64,000 nt of DNA from an uncultured Gemmatimonadaceae bacterium (GCA_963740355.1 CAVUDW010000002.1:768001-832000); one strand, 5' to 3'; shown: positions 54,201-64,000, numbered from the stretch's first letter. Translations and numbers: made by a program. Notes: generated from the letters alone by a model not told the origin.

Positions 54201-57200
54201 CTGCCGACGTGGCGCCGTCGCGTAGTGTCGGTGACCGGTGCCACAGTCGCGGTGGCACTGGTTGCATGCTCGAAGGCACCGCCGGTGGACACGAGTTGGC
54301 ACCAGGAGTCGGGCTACCGGTGGCGCGCGCTCGCGGTTCCTTTGAAGGGCAAGGCCGGTTTCGAGTTGCTGACGTCATCGCGAACAGGCCTGTTGCACCG
54401 CAACGACATCGATGACACGCGCGCCCTCGACAATCGTGGGCTGCTGGACGGCGCCGGCGTGGCGATCGGTGACGTCGATGGTGACGGCCGTCCGGACATC
54501 GTGCTGGCATCGGAGGAAGTGCCGGCTGCGTTGTATCACAATGACGGCGAGTTCCGCTTCAGCGACGTGACGAAAGCGAGTGGGCTCGACTTCACGGGCC
54601 TGCAGACGACTAGCGTGGTACTGGTCGACGTCGATGGCGACCGGGATCTCGATCTGGTGGTGGGAACGTTCGGTGGGCCGGTGGTGCTGTTTTCGAACGA
54701 CGGCAAGGGGCATTTCACGAATGCCACTGCGGGCAGTGGGCTCGCCGGTGGCTACAACGCCACCACGATGACGCTGGCCGATGTCGACGGCAATGGATCG
54801 CTCGATCTCTACGTGGCCACGTACAAGACACGCAATGCGCTCGATGCCTACACACCGCAGCAGCGGGCGTTCGACCAGGTGTTGAAGAAGGTCGGCGATT
54901 CCGTCGTGGTGGTGGACGAGTGGAAGAAGGAGTTTCGCGTCGAGGCGAGGCCGGACCTGGGCGGGTTCATGCGCTCGCAGCGCGCCGAGCCTGACCTGTT
55001 CTTCCTCAATGACGGCAAGGGGCACTTTACGCGCACGCCGGTGCTCGGCCCGCGATTCCGCGATGAACGTGGTGCGCCGCTGACGGTCGATCCTGACTAC
55101 TTCGGGCTCGCCGCACGCTTCTACGATGTGAATGGCGACGGTGCGCCGGATCTCTACGTCTGCAATGACCTCGAAGACCCGGACCTGTTCTTCCTCAACG
55201 ATGGCACGGGTGGGTTTCAACTCGCACCGGAGCGTGCGTTGCGGGTGACAAGCAACACCTGCATGTCGGTCGACTTCGGCGATGTGAATCGGGACGGGCA
55301 CACCGACATCTTCACCACCGACATGCTGGCGCCCACGCTGGCGGCGCAGCAGCGCAGCATCCCCACACATACACCGCTGCAGAAGCCGGTGGGACTGTCG
55401 CCGGAGCGCACGCAATGGATGCGCAACATGCTGCAGCTGTCGCGGGGTGATGGGACGTGGGCGCAGGTCGGCGACTTTGCTGGCGTGACGGCGACCGACT
55501 GGACGTGGGGATCGGCGTTCCTCGATGTCGACCTCGATGGGTACGAGGATCTGCTGGCCGCGAATGGACATCGCTACGACCTGCGCGAGGCCGATCCCTA
55601 CGATCGGATTCGCAACAGCTTTCCCCGTGTGCCGTGGAATCGGGAGTCGAAGGAGTTTCCGCGTCTCGAGACGCGCAGTGTGGCCTTCCGGAACGGCCAC
55701 GACCTCGCGTTCACCGACGAGAGTGCCGCGTGGGGCTTCGGCGTCGACAAGGCTATCTCGCAGGGCATCGCGCTGGGCGACCTTGATGGGGATGGAGCAC
55801 TGGATGTGGTCGTGACGCGACTGGACGCGCCGTCGGTCGTGTATCGCAATACCTCCGCCGCGCCGCGTATCAGTGTGCGACTCAGAGGCAGTGGTGCGAA
55901 CACGCAGGGGATTGGTGCCGTGATCACGGTGCGTTCGCCGGCGCTGCCGGTGCAGTCCCGCGAAGTGACCTCGGGCGGCTACTACCTCTCGGGGAGTGAT
56001 GCACAGCTGACCTTTGCCGCACATCCTGATAGCGCCAGCCAGATCACGGTGCGCTGGCGGAGCGGCCGTGTGAGCACGATTGCACTTGCGGCGAGCAATC
56101 GACTGTACGAGATCGATGAAGCAGGTGCGGTCGAGGGTACACCAGCGAGAGACTCGAGTGCAAAGCGCCCAGCGCTCTTCGCCGATGCAACACCACTGTT
56201 GGCCGGCGCAACGCATGTGGATTCGTTGTACGCCGACTTCCGCCGCCAGCCGTTGTTGCCGAATCGCTTCAGTCAGCTGGGCCCAGGGGTCAGCTGGATC
56301 GACGTTGATGGCGATGGCCGCGACGACCTGGTCTTCGGCACTGGCCGTGGCGGTGCGTTGCATATTCTGCGTAACGCTGGCGGCCGTTTCGTACCGCTCG
56401 ACGTGGGGAAGGGCACGTCGGCGTACGATCTCACGACCGTGCTGCCAGCCTTCGGTGGAACCGGTGGGGTGTCCCTGCTAGTGGGGCAGTCGAGTTACGA
56501 GGCATCGGACAGCATCGTGCCTTCGACGGTGCCGTCGGTACTGGCGATCGGCGTTGGTGCGCGTACCGCGTTGCCTGCGGTGGCAGTCGCGGGGGACACG
56601 GCGAGTGTGGGGCCGATGGCGATGGCGGATGTGAATGGCGATGGGATGCTCGACTTGTTCGTCGGCGCGCGTGTGATTCCGGGCGCATGGCCCTTGCCGG
56701 CGCGCTCACGATTGCTGCTCGGCTCAGCCAGCGGCGCGTTCGTCGAGGATGTGGCCAATCGCGGCGCGATGTCGAGCCTCGGCCTCGTGTCGGGCGCGAC
56801 CTTCGCTGATCTCGACGGCGATGGACGCCCTGAGCTGATCGTGGCCACCGAATTCGGTCCGGTCCGTGTCCTGCACAACGACCGCGGGACACTGCGCGAC
56901 CAGACGAAATCACTCGGCTTCGGTGATCGATCGAGCCGCTGGAATGGTGTGACCACCGGTGACTTCGATGGGGATGGGCGTCTGGATATCGTCGCCACCA
57001 GCTGGGGGCGCAACGTGCCCTGGCAGACCTCTGCGCAGCGCCCCTACGAGTTGCTGGTGGCGCGCGTGGATGGTGACCGGCTCGGGCTGCTCTTTGCGCG
57101 CCGCGATTCGCTCACGTCGCGGGAGATGCCACTGGATGGTTTCGCGCGTATCGGTGCCGCGATTCCATCGGTGAAGGAACGGTTCGCGACGTTCGACGCC

Positions 57201-57926
57201 TTTGCCCGCGCCGATGCCGACGCGGTGCTGGGTGAGTCGGCCGCGAAGGCGGTGCGTGTCGGCGCAACGACGTTCGATCATACGATCTTCCTCAATCGCG
57301 GCGATCACTTCGAAGCGCATGCGTTGCCGACTGCCGCGCAGCTTGCGCCGGCGTTTGGTGTCGTGGTCGCTGACTTCGATGGCGACGGGCGCGAGGACCT
57401 GTTCCTGGCGCAGAACTTCTTCCCCACCGAGATCAACGCGATGCGTTTCGATGCCGGGGCGGGGTTATTGCTGCGCGGCGATGGCAAGGGCGGTTTTGAG
57501 CCACAGCCCATCCCCTCGAGCGGGATCGCAGTGCTCGGTGACCAGCGCGGTGCGGCAGCCGCCGACTATGACGGTGATGGTCGAGTCGATCTGGCGGTCT
57601 CGCAGAACGGTGCGCCGATGACGCTGTGGCACAACGTGGGCGGTTCCCCCGGCGTGCGCGTCCGGTTGCAGGGGCCGGCGAGCAATCCGCTTGGCATCGG
57701 CGTTCGGTTGCAGATCGTCAGCGGGGCAACGCGCGGACCGCTGCGCGAGGTGCATGCGGGCAGCGGCTACTGGTCGATGGATGCTGCGACGCAGGTGCTG
57801 GCGGTGCCGGCTGGAGCGACGGAAGTGCTGGTACGCTGGCCATCGGGTACCGAACAGCGTGTGCCGGTCACCGTTGGGCAGCGTGTCGTGACGGTGGTGT
57901 TTCCGACGCCCGCTGCGCCTCGCTGA
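54201..57926 (+). CDS. FG-GAP/VCBS-repeat lipoprotein with ASPIC/UnbV domains (CRTAC1-like)
   Basis: Many D(V/F/L)(D/N)GDG..D repeats, two N..GIG...GY.S ASPIC-like segments, LVAC lipobox; start CTG 54201 or GTG 54225. Confidence 0.88.
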   Translation: MPTWRRRVVSVTGATVAVALVACSKAPPVDTSWHQESGYRWRALAVPLKGKAGFELLTSSRTGLLHRNDIDDTRALDNRGLLDGAGVAIGDVDGDGRPDIVLASEEVPAALYHNDGEFRFSDVTKASGLDFTGLQTTSVVLVDVDGDRDLDLVVGTFGGPVVLFSNDGKGHFTNATAGSGLAGGYNATTMTLADVDGNGSLDLYVATYKTRNALDAYTPQQRAFDQVLKKVGDSVVVVDEWKKEFRVEARPDLGGFMRSQRAEPDLFFLNDGKGHFTRTPVLGPRFRDERGAPLTVDPDYFGLAARFYDVNGDGAPDLYVCNDLEDPDLFFLNDGTGGFQLAPERALRVTSNTCMSVDFGDVNRDGHTDIFTTDMLAPTLAAQQRSIPTHTPLQKPVGLSPERTQWMRNMLQLSRGDGTWAQVGDFAGVTATDWTWGSAFLDVDLDGYEDLLAANGHRYDLREADPYDRIRNSFPRVPWNRESKEFPRLETRSVAFRNGHDLAFTDESAAWGFGVDKAISQGIALGDLDGDGALDVVVTRLDAPSVVYRNTSAAPRISVRLRGSGANTQGIGAVITVRSPALPVQSREVTSGGYYLSGSDAQLTFAAHPDSASQITVRWRSGRVSTIALAASNRLYEIDEAGAVEGTPARDSSAKRPALFADATPLLAGATHVDSLYADFRRQPLLPNRFSQLGPGVSWIDVDGDGRDDLVFGTGRGGALHILRNAGGRFVPLDVGKGTSAYDLTTVLPAFGGTGGVSLLVGQSSYEASDSIVPSTVPSVLAIGVGARTALPAVAVAGDTASVGPMAMADVNGDGMLDLFVGARVIPGAWPLPARSRLLLGSASGAFVEDVANRGAMSSLGLVSGATFADLDGDGRPELIVATEFGPVRVLHNDRGTLRDQTKSLGFGDRSSRWNGVTTGDFDGDGRLDIVATSWGRNVPWQTSAQRPYELLVARVDGDRLGLLFARRDSLTSREMPLDGFARIGAAIPSVKERFATFDAFARADADAVLGESAAKAVRVGATTFDHTIFLNRGDHFEAHALPTAAQLAPAFGVVVADFDGDGREDLFLAQNFFPTEINAMRFDAGAGLLLRGDGKGGFEPQPIPSSGIAVLGDQRGAAAADYDGDGRVDLAVSQNGAPMTLWHNVGGSPGVRVRLQGPASNPLGIGVRLQIVSGATRGPLREVHAGSGYWSMDAATQVLAVPAGATEVLVRWPSGTEQRVPVTVGQRVVTVVFPTPAAPR

Positions 57927-57949
57927 GCGCGCGGGCTGGAGGCAGTGCG

Positions 57950-58753
57950 TTACGGCTGCTTCTTGCGCCGTGCGGGTCCGGATTTCGTCCAGATGACGAT
58001 CACACCGCAACCCGCATTGCGTCCCGCGTATTCGCCGGGCACGTCGGCGGGGCCAGTGTAAACCTCTAGCCCCTCGATGTCGCGCACAGGCATCGTCGGG
58101 CCAAACATGTTGTCGACGTTGTCGTCCACGATGTACTCGGGGGTGCAGCGCATCGGCGCCCTGACCATTCTGATCACGCAGCCCCCCTGCGCACCGCCGC
58201 CGCACTCGACGTTCACGCCGCGAAGCGAACGGGCGACATCCTGCAGGTTGGAGAACTGCCTCTGTTCGATCTGTTCGCGCGTCACGTATTGACCCGCGCC
58301 AGTCTTTCGGCGCCGTTCGAAGTTGGCGAATCGCGGGCCAAGGCTGCGCTCGCCTTCCACCGTCACCGGCGCGAGCATCTGCCCGCGTGAGGCCGATTCC
58401 GTTGGCGGGGGTGCTGGGCGGCTCGCAACAGGTGTCGAATCCAGTTCCACTCGGCTGTCGAGACTCTCACCGGGCGACAGAGCGACGACCAGTGCACCGG
58501 CCGGGAATCCGTCGGCGCGGATCAGGAATCGAGCGATTCCCATTGGGAGCTTGTCGAATCGGAACAGGCCCGTGGAGTCGGTCTTCTTCGCGCTGCCATC
58601 GCCGAGAAAAACGACAGTGGCGTTGGCGACCGGGGCACCGCTACTGCGATCGACGACCGAGCCGTTGACGCGCGCGTTCTTCGTCTGCGCACCTGCTGAG
58701 CGCGAGGCGCAGAGGGCAACCAGCAGCAGGAAGCCGACACGGAACCGACGCAT
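57950..58753 (-). CDS. Secreted CarboxypepD-reg-like + barrel-less TBDT plug protein
   Basis: Signal peptide, GSVVDRSSGAPV, LAPVTVEG, FERRRKTGAGQYVTREQI, CTPEYIVD, LEVY.G, CGVIVIWTK. Confidence 0.85.
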   Translation of the reverse strand: MRRFRVGFLLLVALCASRSAGAQTKNARVNGSVVDRSSGAPVANATVVFLGDGSAKKTDSTGLFRFDKLPMGIARFLIRADGFPAGALVVALSPGESLDSRVELDSTPVASRPAPPPTESASRGQMLAPVTVEGERSLGPRFANFERRRKTGAGQYVTREQIEQRQFSNLQDVARSLRGVNVECGGGAQGGCVIRMVRAPMRCTPEYIVDDNVDNMFGPTMPVRDIEGLEVYTGPADVPGEYAGRNAGCGVIVIWTKSGPARRKKQP

Positions 58754-58817
58754 AGATCACCAACGTGGGTGATGGCATCAGCGAGGTCAAGCGGGCGGGG
58801 CCGTGGAATATTTGCGA

Positions 58818-58837
58818 TGTGATAATGACATATCACA
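58818..58837. promoter_or_regulatory. Palindromic operator-like site between the divergent plug gene and susC3
   Basis: TGTGAT-N8-ATCACA in an AT-rich patch; contains GATAATGA. Confidence 0.45.
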
Positions 58838-59098
58838 CCACGCCGCGACCATTGCCAGCACGGCAGTTTGCGTTGATACTGTCACAAAGCGATGTCCGGC
58901 TGACGACGGTCGGACCGCAGGACAACCGAAAGCCACCGCACGCGACATGCTAGCGATTCTCTCCCTGACTTACGGCGTCGGGGATTGTTTCGTTGCAGGT
59001 CGCCTTGGTGCCTTTCGGAGATCGTCTGCTGTGTTCCATGCGTGAGACACAGCAAACGCGGTTGCAGTTTCCTCTCCTCCACCCCAAGAGGTTACACC

Positions 59099-62000
59099 AT
59101 GGCCGGTGTCTTGTTCAGAAGGTCGCTACGCCTTGCCGCAGCGATCGCGGCAATGGCCGCTAGCGCGCAAGCGGCCGAAGCCCAGACCGCTGTGTTCAGC
59201 GGTAAGGTCTCGTCCGCTGGCAATCCGCTCGGCGGCGCCAGTGTCGGCATTCCGGAAATCGGCGCCGGCACGATTACTACGTCGGACGGACGGTATAGTT
59301 TCACCGTCGACGTCTCGAAGTACGGTTCACGCGCGGTGAACCTCGTGGTGCGTTTCATCGGCTACAAGCCGAAGCGTCTGCCGATCACGCTCGCCGCTGG
59401 CCGCATCGAGAAGGACTACGATCTCGAGCGCGACATCCTGAACCTCGACCAGGTCGTGGTCACGGGTGTGAACGAAGCCACGTCGCAGAAGAAGACAGCC
59501 TTCGCGGTGGCCGTCGTCGATCAGACGCAGATCAAGGAAGTGCCGGCCATTTCGCCGGTGGGCAGCCTTGCCGGTCGCGTGGCCGGTGCCAGCGTCACCG
59601 CAGTGTCCGGCTCGCCGGGTGCAGAACCGGCCATTCGTCTCCGCTCGGCGACGTCGATCAGCGGCAGTCAGTCGCCGCTCGTGATCGTGGACGGTACGAT
59701 CACCCGCCTCGGCCTCGCCGATATCAACTCGCAGGACATCGAGCGGGTTGAAGTCATCAAGGGTGCCGCCGCCAGCTCGCTCTACGGTTCCGATGCCGCC
59801 AACGGCGTCATCCAGATCTTCACCAAGCGCGGCGCGAACCTCGCGGAAGGCGCGGTGAACTTCACGTTCCGTAACGAGTACGGCCAGAGCTACCTGCCGA
59901 AGAAGGTCGGCCTCAACACCTCGACCGCCTTCCAGCTCGACCCGACCAACACGACGCCGGGCCTGAACTACGGCTTCAAGCTCGACGGCAACGGCAACCG
60001 CATCTCGGAAGCGGACGATATCTCGGACAACACGTACCCGCGGATCTTCGATGCGCTGGGTGCGACGTTCAAGCCGGGCGCGACGATGAGCAACTACATC
60101 TCCATCGGCCAGCGCAAGGGAGCGACGAACTTCAACGCGTCGATCCAGAACATCCAGGAAACCGGTGTGCTGACGCTCCTCAAGGGCTACAGCCGCCAGA
60201 ATTTCCGCATCAACGTCGACCAGGCGATCACGGACAAGCTGAACCTGTCCACCGGCATGTTCTACGGTCGGTCGAGCGCGGACCAGACGAACGAAGGCTC
60301 GCTGTTCTTCGGCATCCGCTTCATCGAACCGAACGTCGACATCACCGCGCCGAACCCGGACGGTTCGCCGTACATCGCGAACATTCGCAACCCCCCCTCG
60401 TCGGGCAACCTTCAGAACCCGTTGTACCGCCTGGCGAACGAGCGTGTCTCGAATGATCGCAACCGCTTCACCGGCAACATCAAGCTGAATTACCGCCCGC
60501 TGACCTGGCTCACGGCTGAAGGCAACTTCAACTACGACCAGTCGACGGTGAACTTCAAGGACTTCACGCCGATCGGCTTCCAGAACTCGCTTGGTAGCGG
60601 TGGCACGGGTTCGCTCTTCCAGCAGTACACCTCGGGTCGCGCCTTCAACACGGGCGGCACGCTCACGGCGACGCACACCTTCGGCACCTGGCTCACGAAC
60701 ACGACCAAGGTGGCGGCGGTGTTCGAAGACCAGGAGAACAACCTGCTCAGCGCACGTGCAAACAAGCTGACGGTGGGCGCAGTTCCTGAGTTCAGCGCAT
60801 CGGCAACGGACCCGATTCCGCAGCCGGGTTCGCAGTCGATCACGATTCGTAACCGCAACTACTTCGCGATCACGACGTTCGACATCAAGGACCGCTACAT
60901 CATCGACGGCCTGGTGCGTCAGGACCAGTCGTCCCTGTTCGGTTCCGAACAGCGTTCTGCGATCTACTCACGCGCCTCGGCTGCCTACCGCTTCTCCGAG
61001 GACTTCAAGATCCCCGGCGTCGACGAAGGCAAGATCCGCGTGTCGTACGGCACCGCCGGCCTGCGCCCGCAGTTCGATGCGCAGTACGAGACGTTTGCAA
61101 TCGTCGGTGGCAGCCCGACCAAGGTCACCCTCGGCAACCCGAACCTGAAGCCGGCCTTCTCGCGTGAGACGGAAGCCGGGTTCAACCTGAACTTCCTCAA
61201 GAACTTCAGCCTCGAGTACAGCTACTCGAAGAAGAAGACCAGCGACCAGATCCTGCTCGTGCCGCTGTCGTCGGCCGCCGGCTTCCGCAATCGTTGGGAA
61301 AATGCCGCCACGCTGGAAGGCAGCACGCACGAAGTCGCATTCGGCGCCGTACTGGCCTCGAGCAAGGATTTCTTCTGGCGCCTGAACATCACCGGTGACC
61401 GCACACGCTCCGAGATCACGGCGTTGGCAGTCCAGCCGTACCTGACGGGCCCGGATGGCAACACGACGATCTTCCGCGTCGCCGCTGGCCAGCAGTTCGG
61501 CATCATCTACGGCGAAGACTGGATCCGCACGCCGGCGCAGTTGGCCACGAACATCACCAATGGTCGCCTGACGGGCACCGCGGCTGATTATCGCCTGAAT
61601 GAACTCGGCTACTACGTCGCCAACAGCGCGTACAACACGCCGGCAGAACGTCCGTTGAAGGACTTCGACGCCAATGGCGTTTCCAAGCGGCCGATCGGCG
61701 ACGTGAACCCCGACTTCACGATGGGCATCAGCAACAGCCTGCAGTGGAAGGGCCTGTCACTGAACAGCGTGTTCACCTGGCAGAAGGGTGGCCAGATCTA
61801 CAACCTGACGCGCCAGTGGCCGTACAACGAATTGCGCGACGTCGACTTCGACCAGCGCAATGCAGCAGTCAAGAAGGCCCAGGGCTTCTTCCAGGCCTTC
61901 TACAACAACATCGATCCGAATACGCACTTCGTCGAAGACGGTGGATTCGTTCGCCTCCGCGAGCTGGCCCTGAACTATCAGGTCCCGAAGAGCGTTGTTC

Positions 62001-62194
62001 GTTCGTTGCACATGGCGGTATTCGAGACGGCTCGCATCGGCATCGTTGGGCGCAACTTGTGGACGAAGACGAAGTACAGCGGCTACGATCCGGACGTCTC
62101 CGGCGGCAACGGCGATCCGTTCGGCTTCCGCGTCGACAACTTCACGTACCCTGCGTACCGCACGTTCACGCTGATGCTCGAACTCGGCTACTAA
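59099..62194 (+). CDS. SusC/RagA-family TonB-dependent transporter 3
   Basis: LDQVVVTG, PLVIVDG, DIERVEVIKGAAASSLYGSDAANGVIQIFTK, GNPNLKP, YSGYDPD. Confidence 0.95.
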   Translation: MAGVLFRRSLRLAAAIAAMAASAQAAEAQTAVFSGKVSSAGNPLGGASVGIPEIGAGTITTSDGRYSFTVDVSKYGSRAVNLVVRFIGYKPKRLPITLAAGRIEKDYDLERDILNLDQVVVTGVNEATSQKKTAFAVAVVDQTQIKEVPAISPVGSLAGRVAGASVTAVSGSPGAEPAIRLRSATSISGSQSPLVIVDGTITRLGLADINSQDIERVEVIKGAAASSLYGSDAANGVIQIFTKRGANLAEGAVNFTFRNEYGQSYLPKKVGLNTSTAFQLDPTNTTPGLNYGFKLDGNGNRISEADDISDNTYPRIFDALGATFKPGATMSNYISIGQRKGATNFNASIQNIQETGVLTLLKGYSRQNFRINVDQAITDKLNLSTGMFYGRSSADQTNEGSLFFGIRFIEPNVDITAPNPDGSPYIANIRNPPSSGNLQNPLYRLANERVSNDRNRFTGNIKLNYRPLTWLTAEGNFNYDQSTVNFKDFTPIGFQNSLGSGGTGSLFQQYTSGRAFNTGGTLTATHTFGTWLTNTTKVAAVFEDQENNLLSARANKLTVGAVPEFSASATDPIPQPGSQSITIRNRNYFAITTFDIKDRYIIDGLVRQDQSSLFGSEQRSAIYSRASAAYRFSEDFKIPGVDEGKIRVSYGTAGLRPQFDAQYETFAIVGGSPTKVTLGNPNLKPAFSRETEAGFNLNFLKNFSLEYSYSKKKTSDQILLVPLSSAAGFRNRWENAATLEGSTHEVAFGAVLASSKDFFWRLNITGDRTRSEITALAVQPYLTGPDGNTTIFRVAAGQQFGIIYGEDWIRTPAQLATNITNGRLTGTAADYRLNELGYYVANSAYNTPAERPLKDFDANGVSKRPIGDVNPDFTMGISNSLQWKGLSLNSVFTWQKGGQIYNLTRQWPYNELRDVDFDQRNAAVKKAQGFFQAFYNNIDPNTHFVEDGGFVRLRELALNYQVPKSVVRSLHMAVFETARIGIVGRNLWTKTKYSGYDPDVSGGNGDPFGFRVDNFTYPAYRTFTLMLELGY

Positions 62195-62220
62195 TCCATA
62201 CTCACACAGGATCTGACTAG

Positions 62221-63783
62221 ATGATTATGACACGATTCATGCGAGTGGGCGCCCTGCTATCGGCGGTAACGCTGGCAGGGTGTGGGTCGCTCGACGTGAC
62301 GAACCCGAACGCCCCGGACGCAAAGCGCGCGTTGTCCGACCCGGCGGCGCTGGAAGCAGTGGCTGGTGGCACGATGCGCACCTGGTTCAACACCTACGAC
62401 GGTTGTGAAGGCAACTGCGTGCTGGTGACGCAGGCACAGACGTACTCGGCGTCGTGGAACAACTGGAACATGAACTTCTATTCCAGCATCGATGCTGACG
62501 GCAAGCGCCTGACCCGGCCGTACCAGAACGATCCGGCGTCGGCTGGACGCACGAGCATCGAAGTGCCATGGATCGGCATGTACTCGACTGTCTCGTCTGC
62601 GGTGGACGTGCTGAAGGCGATCCGCGTGGACAACGTGGTGATCAACAGCGCTGCCGATACGAAGCGTGCCGAGGCCATCGCCGAGCTGATGCTCGGTGCG
62701 AGCCTCAGCTACATCGCGCTGAACTACGACAAGGGATACATCGTCGATGAAACGATCGACGTGACCACCTTGCAGTATTCGGATCGCAAGAAGATGCGTG
62801 ATGCGGCGATTCAGAAGCTGCAGTCAGCAGCCACGATCGCCGGCGCCAACACCTTTACGACGCCTGCGTCGTGGACGAACGGTCGCACGTACTCCAACAC
62901 CCAGATCAAGCAGATTGCCAACACGCTCTCTGCCATCACCCTGGCGTATTGGCCGCGCAACGCCGCCGAGAACACGGCGGTGAACTGGGCACAGGTGCTG
63001 ACGTACACGAACGCTGGCATGTCGAGTGGCACGCCGTTCGATTTCGTCTTCGTTGGCGACGGTGGTACGTCGTTCTATCACGAGATCCTGGCGTGGTTCA
63101 ACGCCTTCGACACCGGCCGTGTGCACACGCGCGTGGCCAACCTCCTCGACCCGGTTACGCAGGCTACGCCGTGGCCCGAGACGGGTAACCCGGTGCCGAA
63201 CTCGCCCGACAAGCGTCTCGGCGATGGTTCCTTCGGCGATGCCTCCATCGTCGATGGTTTCCAGACCAACCCGAAGACGGCAAATGCCGGCACGGACTTC
63301 GTGTACTCGCGCGCTGCAATCTTCCGCCCGAGCCGCGGTTCGTATCACCAGTCGAACATCGGTCACATTCGTTATGACTTGACCGGTTTGCAGGATCCGT
63401 CAGGCATCTGGGCAGGCTTCGGCCCGGCGCCGGTCATCTCGGCAACACAGAACGACCTGCTGAAGGCTGAAGCGTCGATTCGTGGTGGTGATCTTGCCAC
63501 CGCCGTGACGCTGATCAACCGGACGCGCGTCGGTCGTGGTGGTCTGGCCCCTGCGACAGTCGCTGACGGTGTCGCCGGCCTGACGACGAAGCTCGGTTAC
63601 GAAAATGAAATCGAGCTGCTTGGTCTTGGCGCCGCGTCCTACTACTGGATCCGCCGCACGGATCGCCTGATCGCTGGCACGCCACACGAAATGCCGGTTC
63701 CTGCGAAGGAGCTCGGTGTGCGTGGCGAAGCGCTGTACACTTGGGGTGGGACAGGCCCGGCCAATTCGCCGACGCCTCCCTGA
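62221..63783 (+). CDS. SusD/RagB-like lipoprotein 3
   Basis: Lipobox LAGC, NDLLKAEA, INRTR, YENEIEL, MPVPAKE. Confidence 0.88.
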   Translation: MIMTRFMRVGALLSAVTLAGCGSLDVTNPNAPDAKRALSDPAALEAVAGGTMRTWFNTYDGCEGNCVLVTQAQTYSASWNNWNMNFYSSIDADGKRLTRPYQNDPASAGRTSIEVPWIGMYSTVSSAVDVLKAIRVDNVVINSAADTKRAEAIAELMLGASLSYIALNYDKGYIVDETIDVTTLQYSDRKKMRDAAIQKLQSAATIAGANTFTTPASWTNGRTYSNTQIKQIANTLSAITLAYWPRNAAENTAVNWAQVLTYTNAGMSSGTPFDFVFVGDGGTSFYHEILAWFNAFDTGRVHTRVANLLDPVTQATPWPETGNPVPNSPDKRLGDGSFGDASIVDGFQTNPKTANAGTDFVYSRAAIFRPSRGSYHQSNIGHIRYDLTGLQDPSGIWAGFGPAPVISATQNDLLKAEASIRGGDLATAVTLINRTRVGRGGLAPATVADGVAGLTTKLGYENEIELLGLGAASYYWIRRTDRLIAGTPHEMPVPAKELGVRGEALYTWGGTGPANSPTPP

Positions 63784-63826
63784 TCGACTGAGTTTGCACG
63801 CGTAGTCAAAACACCCAGGATGGAAA

Positions 63827-63864
63827 CACAGCGGGGCCGGGAGATCATTCCCGGCCCCGCTGTG
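63827..63864 (+). terminator. Hairpin terminator after susD3
   Basis: 16-bp stem CACAGCGGGGCCGGGA/TCCCGGCCCCGCTGTG. Confidence 0.7.
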
Positions 63865-64000
63865 CGTTCGGATCGTACGAGTTGTGAGCCTTGTGCTCTG
63901 AGCCCAACACTCAAGGCATCAGCGTCGGTTGATGCCCGCGTGCCGCACGCCTCGCCGCGTACAACGCCGCCGCCGCAGTGAAGACGTGCAGCAGTGGATC

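Overview
High-GC bacterial chromosome segment, most consistent with Gemmatimonadota (inferred from gene content and style, not from a database search). Housekeeping content: mutM, an RlmI-like methyltransferase, a 23S-5S rRNA unit with its own promoter and no linked 16S, thiE/aroH/mltG/ruvX/rho, six tRNAs, a sigma-70 factor, an F1-only atpAGDC operon, waaA, two DsbA-like proteins and a TPM-nucleotidyltransferase-lemA cluster. Envelope content: three SusC/SusD pairs with no CAZymes, a vanadium haloperoxidase-like gene with an FG-GAP/ASPIC lipoprotein, and four secreted proteins with a TonB-box-like strand and TBDT plug but no beta-barrel, one fused to a TonB C-terminal domain. These barrel-less plug proteins are the best candidate for an undescribed system. 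Non-coding highlights: a family of intergenic elements with 35-38 bp inverted repeats, a candidate attenuator/riboswitch leader, a Rex/CRP-type operator before atpA, and aroH lying antisense inside an apparent operon. No CRISPR array, integrase or transposase was seen. Product calls come from motif recognition only.
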